64,000 bases of DNA, taken from assembly GCA_018714695.1 (NCBI GenBank), contig DVNB01000024.1, positions 2,563 to 66,562 of the forward strand, written 5' to 3'. The stretch's first letter is position 1; each line of letters opens with the position of its first letter. Under the pieces are notes generated by a model, which saw nothing but the letters and a program-made list of their open reading frames with translations, searched no databases and was not told where the DNA came from. This stretch comes from Candidatus Ornithomonoglobus merdipullorum (GTDB lineage Bacteria; Bacillota; Clostridia; UBA1381). Shown here in pieces: positions 58,198 to 64,000 of this stretch. Position numbers and translations under genes: made by a program.

Positions 58198-59709
58198 ATG
58201 GAGAGTGAAGTAAAGGTATTTGAGGCTATCGATAAGCTTGTGTCATACGGTGTTCTGACGGGGCTTATCGGCGAGGGTGACAGGATCTATGTGCGCAACC
58301 GGTTGCTCACTAAGCTGGGGCTTGATTCCTATGAGGAGACCGGCGCGGAGTGCGAAAGCGTAGAGGAGCTTGACGGCATACTTGAGACGCTGCTCGATCA
58401 TGCGGCGGAGAAGGGGCTGCTTGAAAACAACAGCGTTGTATACAGGGACATTTTCGATACGGAGCTTATGGATACGCTCACACCGTTCCCGTCTGCGGTA
58501 ACGGAGAAGTTCTATGCGCTGTATAAGAATTCACCCGTTGACGCTACGGACTATTTCTATAAGCTTTCGTGCGACACGAACTATATAAGACGCGGCAGGA
58601 TAAAGAAGGATGTTAAGTGGACTATCGATTCTGAGTACGGCGAGATCGAGATAACGATAAACCGCTCAAAGCCGGAGAAGGATCCTAAGGCGATCGCGGC
58701 TGCAAAGCTGCAGAAGCAGTCATCGTATCCGAAATGCCAGCTCTGTGTTGAGAATGAGGGCTACGGCGGCAGGGTGAACCATCCGGCGCGTCAGAACCAC
58801 AGAATAATCCCGATAGAGATCTGCGGCGCGAAATGGGGATTCCAGTATTCGCCGTACGTATATTATAACGAGCACTGCATCGTGTTCAACTCGGAGCATA
58901 TCCCGATGGTCATAGACAGGAGCGCGTTTGCGAAGCTGCTTGATTTTATAAAGAGGTTCAATCATTACATAATAGGCTCTAATGCAGATCTGCCTATCGT
59001 TGGCGGCTCGATACTTACACATGAGCACTTTCAGGGCGGAAACCATGTATTTGCCATGCACAGGGCAAAGAGCGAGAAATTCTATGATATAGCGGGCTTT
59101 GAGGATATAGAGGTGAGCCGTCTCACATGGCCGATGTCAGTTATCCGCTTAAAGGGCGAGGATACCGAAAAGCTCATAGAGCTTGCGGATAAAATACTTG
59201 TCAGCTGGCGCGCGTATACCGATGAGGACGCGTTCATATACGCCGAGACGGACGGTACGCCGCACAATACCATAACGCCCATAGCGAGTATGTCGGACGG
59301 AAAGTATGTGCTCGATCTGGTGCTCAGAAACAATATAACGACAGAGGAGCATCCTTTGGGCGTATATCATCCGCATGCGGAGCTTCACCACATAAAGAAG
59401 GAAAATATAGGACTTATAGAGGTAATGGGTCTTGCGGTGCTTCCGTCAAGACTGGTAGAGGAGCTTGCGGCGGTCGCTGACGCGCTCGTAAACGGCAAGG
59501 ATCTTGATGCGGACGATAAGACAAAGGCTCATGCAGAGTGGGCATTGGAGGTAAAGGCTGCTCATCCGGAGCTTGATAAGGATAATGTTGACGATATCCT
59601 CAAAGAGGAAGTCGGCAAGGTATTTGTAAAGGTGCTTGAGCATGCCGGAGTATATAAGAGAACAGAGGAAGGAATGGCTGCATTCGACAGATTTATGGCG
59701 CAGCTTTGA
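58198..59709 (+). CDS. galT: UDP-glucose--hexose-1-phosphate uridylyltransferase (type 2 GalT)
   Basis: 503 aa, the long Firmicutes-type GalT, with the active-site region THEHFQGG. Confidence 0.9.
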   Translation: MESEVKVFEAIDKLVSYGVLTGLIGEGDRIYVRNRLLTKLGLDSYEETGAECESVEELDGILETLLDHAAEKGLLENNSVVYRDIFDTELMDTLTPFPSAVTEKFYALYKNSPVDATDYFYKLSCDTNYIRRGRIKKDVKWTIDSEYGEIEITINRSKPEKDPKAIAAAKLQKQSSYPKCQLCVENEGYGGRVNHPARQNHRIIPIEICGAKWGFQYSPYVYYNEHCIVFNSEHIPMVIDRSAFAKLLDFIKRFNHYIIGSNADLPIVGGSILTHEHFQGGNHVFAMHRAKSEKFYDIAGFEDIEVSRLTWPMSVIRLKGEDTEKLIELADKILVSWRAYTDEDAFIYAETDGTPHNTITPIASMSDGKYVLDLVLRNNITTEEHPLGVYHPHAELHHIKKENIGLIEVMGLAVLPSRLVEELAAVADALVNGKDLDADDKTKAHAEWALEVKAAHPELDKDNVDDILKEEVGKVFVKVLEHAGVYKRTEEGMAAFDRFMAQL

Positions 59710-59715
59710 TTGGTT

Positions 59716-62043
59716 ATGAATAAGATCATAGTAACGGACAGACGCGGAGCAAGGTTCGGCGATTTTTACGGAATATTCTTTGAAGACCTGAACCATGCCG
59801 CAGACGGCGGACTTTATGCCGAGACGATAAGAAACAGGAGTTTTGAGTTTTCGCCGATAGATGATCCGACGTATAACGGACTTACCGCATGGACTGCATA
59901 CGAGCCGGAGGGAACAAAGGTGTCGCTGAGCGTGAGCCGTAAGGCTCCGGCGAGTGAAAGGGCTCCGCACTATCTCGTGCTGGATGTGATAACCGACGGG
60001 ACGGCAGCCGGTGTGAAAAATGAGGGCTACAACAGCGGCATACCGCTTTATATGGGAAAGAGCTATAAGCTGAAGCTTCGTGCGCGTGCGGATAAGGAGA
60101 CTGCGGTGAAGGTCTCCATCGTGAGCGCTGTCGGAGATGTGTATGACAGCGCGTCGTTTATGCTCGGCTCGGAATGGAGCGAGTACAGTGCCGTGCTCAC
60201 CGCGGCAAAGGACGATCATTCGGCGCGGCTCTTGATCTCTATGGATACGACGGGCAGAGCATGCTTTGATTTCATATCGCTGTTCCCGGAGGATACGTAC
60301 AGGGGAAGGGAAAACGGATTGAGACGTGACATAGCGGAATATCTTGAGGCGCTGCATCCTAAATTTATGCGCTTCCCCGGCGGATGTCTGATACATGACG
60401 GTTCGCTGAACAAGGATGACCGTGATTCAACATACAGGTGGAAAAACACGCTTGGCGATGTGATGAACAGACCGCCGCGCAGAAATAACTGGCGGTACAA
60501 TCAGACACTCGGACTGGGTTATTACGAGTACTTCTTATTCTGTGAGGACATAGGAGCCGAGCCGCTGCCGGTGCTCCCGGCGGGATATAATCCGCACTCG
60601 GGTCAGGGCGTGCCTATAGACGAGCTCGGAGAGTGGATAGATGACGCGCTCGACCTCATCGAGTTTGCAAACGGCGGGATCGATACCGAATGGGGAGGCG
60701 TAAGAGCGTCTCTGGGGCATCCGGAACCGTTCGGGTTAAAATATATCGCAATAGGCAACGAGGAGGTCGGACAGGGCTTTTTCGACCGCTATGACTATTT
60801 CCATAAGGCGATACGTGACAGGTATCCGGAAATAAAGATAATAAACTCCGCCGGTCCGTTCAATCACGGCAGCGAGTACGACAGAGGATGGGCGAGCGCG
60901 AAAAAGAACGGCTCGGATATCATCGATGAGCACTATTATATGACGCCAGAATGGTTCATAACCAACTATGACCGGTATGCGGATTTCCCGGCGGATGGAA
61001 CAAAGGTGTTTTTGGGCGAATACGCGTCATGGGGAAATAAATATTACAATGCCGTGGCTGAAGCGGCGTTCATGACGGGCTTGGAGAACGCGGCGCATGC
61101 GGTAGAGCTTGTCTGCTACGCTCCGCTGCTCTGCAATGCGCAGTACGTCAACTGGGAGCCGGATATGATATGGTTTGACAACCACCGCGTATTCGGAAGC
61201 GCGAACTACTACGTGCAGAAGCTGTTTATGAACAATCTTCCGACATATCTTCTGGAAACGGAAAAGGAGGGGCTTGACAGCTGTCGTGTTATCGGTCCCG
61301 AGACGATAGGAGGAGGACTGGAGATCACGGCTGACCGCTGCTCGGCAAGGTTTTACGATATAAAGGTGACTGATATCGAGACCGGCGCTTGTATACCGTG
61401 TGTCGATATGGCACTTGAAAACGAAAGCAGAGAAATAGGAAGTATAGATTCACGTCATTACACGGTGGAATTCACGGCTGTAAGAAATTACGGAGATCTT
61501 GGCTTCAAGCTTGCTTTCGCTGTCAGGGGTGAAAAGGACAGGATCGTCTGGTCGATAGGCGGATGGCAGAATCAGGACTGTTGTATAGATAAGTTCGAGG
61601 GCCATGCCTCATGTCTGACGCAGAGCAGATTTTCGGTTGAAACGGGAGTGGAATATAAGCTGAAGCTTGAAATAGACGGAAGGCATATAACCACTTATGT
61701 AAACGGAGTAAAAATGAACGACGTCGAGGACAGGCGGCAGGTAAATGAGGAGCTGTATTTCACCGCCGGGATCGATGATAATACCGGCGAGGTGATAGTA
61801 AAGGCGGTAAACGTGAATGAAACGCCGGTGACTGCCGCTGTGCAGTGCCCGTTTGAAGGTCGTGTGACGGCTGCGGTAACGGAGCTTTCGGGATATGGGA
61901 AGGATGACATGAACAGCTTTGAGGAGCCTAAGAAGGTGTATCCGACCCAAAAGACCGTGACCGGCGAAAACGGCGCGATAGAATACGAATTCCCGCCGCT
62001 TTGCGTTACGATATTCAGAATAGCGAAGCTTGAAAACACATAA
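59716..62043 (+). CDS. GH51-like alpha-L-arabinofuranosidase with N- and C-terminal accessory domains
   Basis: 775 aa from the ATG at 59716. IFFEDLNHAADGGLYAE, RFPGGC, the acid/base motif IAIGNEE, and nucleophile region VFLGEYA. Confidence 0.75.
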   Translation: MNKIIVTDRRGARFGDFYGIFFEDLNHAADGGLYAETIRNRSFEFSPIDDPTYNGLTAWTAYEPEGTKVSLSVSRKAPASERAPHYLVLDVITDGTAAGVKNEGYNSGIPLYMGKSYKLKLRARADKETAVKVSIVSAVGDVYDSASFMLGSEWSEYSAVLTAAKDDHSARLLISMDTTGRACFDFISLFPEDTYRGRENGLRRDIAEYLEALHPKFMRFPGGCLIHDGSLNKDDRDSTYRWKNTLGDVMNRPPRRNNWRYNQTLGLGYYEYFLFCEDIGAEPLPVLPAGYNPHSGQGVPIDELGEWIDDALDLIEFANGGIDTEWGGVRASLGHPEPFGLKYIAIGNEEVGQGFFDRYDYFHKAIRDRYPEIKIINSAGPFNHGSEYDRGWASAKKNGSDIIDEHYYMTPEWFITNYDRYADFPADGTKVFLGEYASWGNKYYNAVAEAAFMTGLENAAHAVELVCYAPLLCNAQYVNWEPDMIWFDNHRVFGSANYYVQKLFMNNLPTYLLETEKEGLDSCRVIGPETIGGGLEITADRCSARFYDIKVTDIETGACIPCVDMALENESREIGSIDSRHYTVEFTAVRNYGDLGFKLAFAVRGEKDRIVWSIGGWQNQDCCIDKFEGHASCLTQSRFSVETGVEYKLKLEIDGRHITTYVNGVKMNDVEDRRQVNEELYFTAGIDDNTGEVIVKAVNVNETPVTAAVQCPFEGRVTAAVTELSGYGKDDMNSFEEPKKVYPTQKTVTGENGAIEYEFPPLCVTIFRIAKLENT

Positions 62044-62102
62044 TGGACAATGTACAATGAACGGATGCTGCGCATCCGGTGGGGTGTGCGGTACAGTAAA
62101 TT

Positions 62103-62141
62103 AAAAAAGATGTTTCCTTGTCAGCGGGAAACATCTTTTTT
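62103..62141. terminator. bidirectional terminator (abf / jetD)
   Basis: AAAAAAGATGTTTCC-ttgtcagc-GGGAAACATCTTTTTT. It overlaps the jetD stop codon. Confidence 0.7.
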
Positions 62142-63326
62142 CAATAGGTCTATTATATTTTCCTGATATCCTGCGAAGCCATGCTTGTTTGCAAGCTCCG
62201 CTGCTGGGATCAGCGACGGTGTGACCGTTTTTATAACACCGTTCAGTTTTACTTTCGATACCGACCGCAGGTAATCCTCTGCCGTATAGTGCCATGGTTC
62301 CATATCGGCATCGAATTCGGAAAGCAGTCTGTCTGCGATCCTGAACCCGCCAACGTCAAAGTCGCCGGAGTAGAGCATGCGCGTGCCGCTCAGCATACGC
62401 AGAAGCAGCATGCACGCGCTTTTCGGCTGACCTGCGGTGCATATCAGAGGCGCTGAGGAGTCTGACGAGAGAGCGGTGAATACAGACGGATTTTCCGTTA
62501 TATATACTCTTTTCAGGTCCGTGCCGGCGCGTGATATGCCGATAAGATTGCCTATATTCAGCGTGTAAGGCTCATTCAGACGCTTGAACGCCTCAAATGC
62601 CGGATGCGGTGTTCCGTCATTGAGATACAGGTTTATGTTTTTGCAGTATACGAAGCTTGAAACCGAATCGCTGTACAGACCATAGCTTTCAAAAAGCGAC
62701 GACCTTGCGGCTGCCGACGCGGCGCGCGGTGAGCCGCTGAGATGCTCAAGAGCACCCGTCAGCAGTGTGCCGCACGGGGTGCCGGGATCGAGCGCATGAG
62801 GATCGCCGCATATTTTCGCCGCAAAAACCGGAAGGATCTGCGGCGGACCGAGATTTTCGAGACAGCGGCATACGGTGTCAATGTCGCGCTCAAGCTGCGC
62901 CGCGTCTTCTCTGCGGCGCTGCTCGAGAGAATTGCCCGAAAGCGCGTCCTCAAGCCAGCTGTGGATCCGCTCATCACTGTATTTATTGAGGATACGTGCT
63001 CTGAGATCCTCGCGCGCGGCACCGTCACGCTCGTCTCGTGTTCTTTTTGTGACTATATCGCCGAAGTATTCCTTTAGAAGCTCTTCAAGTCCGATCCCGA
63101 ACCGGCTGTTTCTGAGCGCCGCATCTATATCGGAGAGCTTCAGCTCGGCATATTTGGCATCTATATCCCGTCCGAGCAGACCGCCTAAAGCTGCGCGCTC
63201 ATTTTTGTCCGGCGCGTCAAGTCTGACCTTTCCGCCTATATGCGAGAGCGATATATATTTCTTCCGGCACAGCTCAAGAAATCTGTCAAAGCCGCGTTCC
63301 GAGCGGAAATATTCAAGAGCCGTCAT
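62121..63326 (-). CDS. jetD: Wadjet type II JetD (TIGR02679-like; DUF3323 plus a Toprim-like DUF2399 domain)
   Basis: 401 aa. The C-terminal Toprim-like pattern is VYITENPSVF (Glu) ... LICTAGQP ... MLYSGDFDVGGFRIADRL (DxD). ATGA overlap with the upstream SMC-like ATPase gene. Confidence 0.75.
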   Translation of the reverse strand: MTALEYFRSERGFDRFLELCRKKYISLSHIGGKVRLDAPDKNERAALGGLLGRDIDAKYAELKLSDIDAALRNSRFGIGLEELLKEYFGDIVTKRTRDERDGAAREDLRARILNKYSDERIHSWLEDALSGNSLEQRRREDAAQLERDIDTVCRCLENLGPPQILPVFAAKICGDPHALDPGTPCGTLLTGALEHLSGSPRAASAAARSSLFESYGLYSDSVSSFVYCKNINLYLNDGTPHPAFEAFKRLNEPYTLNIGNLIGISRAGTDLKRVYITENPSVFTALSSDSSAPLICTAGQPKSACMLLLRMLSGTRMLYSGDFDVGGFRIADRLLSEFDADMEPWHYTAEDYLRSVSKVKLNGVIKTVTPSLIPAAELANKHGFAGYQENIIDLLKKDVSR

Positions 63327-64000
63327 GGCGCGAAGCTCCTTTCTTTGCCGTCCCAGCGGTATCGGAGCACGGTCACGTAATCCGCATTGTTCGGTCGAAC
63401 CAGCTCACAGATCGAAAGCGATGGGACTGTCGGATAATCTCCCCAAAGCACCTGTGAATTTATTATATATGACAGTTCAAGCTCCTCCATGATCCTGAAC
63501 ATGTCGCTTATGTTCTTGTCATCCACACCCGCGAACGCCTCATCGAGAGATATGAGCTTCGGTGCAAATTCATCTGCCTTGGCGTATCTTGCGTAAACAG
63601 ACGCGAAAAGCGGTACATACATCGCCATAGCCTTTTCGCCTCCGCTGAAACGGTAGAATGCGTTATTTGTGAGCTCTTTTTTCGGCTGTCCCGTCTGACG
63701 GTAGAAGAGCTTGAATTCGAACCACTTTCTGTAATCCAGTATCTCTTTTAGTATCGTGTGCATGCTCTCGGCATCACCGCCGTCATTGTGCCGCAGACGC
63801 GCTGTGTTTAGCTTCGAACGGAAATGCTTCGACATCTTTGCGATGTTTTCATCGGTGAGTATGCGGCTGTCCGTTTTCAGGAGCGATACAAGCTCCGCTG
63901 TGTTCATTTCATCCTCATTCTCCGCCGGCCTGCTTTTCCATTCAAGAGAAAAGCTCAGTCCGCTTGAGGTGTCCATGCTCATCATTTTTTTGTTCATATC
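63323..64000 (-). CDS. jetC: Wadjet JetC SMC-like ATPase, C-terminal part (gene continues past the window end)
   Basis: The frame is open to the window edge. Has an ABC/SMC signature (FYRFSGGEKAMAMYVPLFA) and Walker B/D-loop (KLISLDEAFAGVDD). Confidence 0.75.
   Translation of the reverse strand, partial: DMNKKMMSMDTSSGLSFSLEWKSRPAENEDEMNTAELVSLLKTDSRILTDENIAKMSKHFRSKLNTARLRHNDGGDAESMHTILKEILDYRKWFEFKLFYRQTGQPKKELTNNAFYRFSGGEKAMAMYVPLFASVYARYAKADEFAPKLISLDEAFAGVDDKNISDMFRIMEELELSYIINSQVLWGDYPTVPSLSICELVRPNNADYVTVLRYRWDGKERSFAP

Noticed and set aside
59446-60396. 316-aa ORF on the - strand
   Set aside because: It spans the galT/abf junction antisense to both genes and is a shadow ORF.

Overview
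This window looks like core chromosome from a Gram-positive anaerobe, probably Clostridia of the Oscillospiraceae/Ruminococcaceae type. That guess rests on gene content and SLH-domain surface proteins, not on any search. The centre (14.0-30.4 kb, + strand) is a complete S10-spc-alpha ribosomal protein cluster: rpsJ through rplQ, with secY, adk, map, infA and rpoA. It includes three genes missing from the ORF track because they are shorter than 60 aa (rpmD, rpmJ and a 2x[4Fe-4S] ferredoxin). The left flank carries carAB (- strand), cdaA-cdaR (c-di-AMP synthesis), a 999-aa SLH-domain S-layer-like protein, a lytic transglycosylase and galE. To the right of the cluster are rubrerythrin, a MATE pump, rpsF-ssb-rpsR, a nitroreductase, a tightly overlapped decarboxylase-recD2-serine hydrolase operon, pyrE, two secreted proteins, dusB and guaB. 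A cell-envelope block follows: an SLH-NlpC/P60 hydrolase, a clostripain-like lipoprotein, murT-gatD and a GH73 glucosaminidase. Next come a small XRE/SLOG module, galT and a GH51 arabinofuranosidase. The right edge holds the 3' end of a Wadjet type II (JetC-JetD) anti-plasmid operon that runs off the window. I found no rRNA, tRNA, CRISPR array, transposase or integrase. The items most worth follow-up are listed here. (1) An orphan GC-rich ~260-nt structured leader (403-662, - strand) behind a perfect consensus promoter, which I could not assign to any riboswitch class. (2) A ~230-bp multi-hairpin repeat present twice in inverted orientation, 51 kb apart. (3) A ~335-nt rpsJ leader containing an internal terminator-like hairpin. 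(4) An SLH protein whose signal peptide is only translated from a non-canonical ATT start. (5) A clostripain (C11)-like lipoprotein with the presumed catalytic Cys replaced by Ser. (6) The JetCD tail. Everything comes from reading the sequence and the ORF track. No homology search or folding program was run, and hairpin and promoter coordinates are approximate to a few nt.
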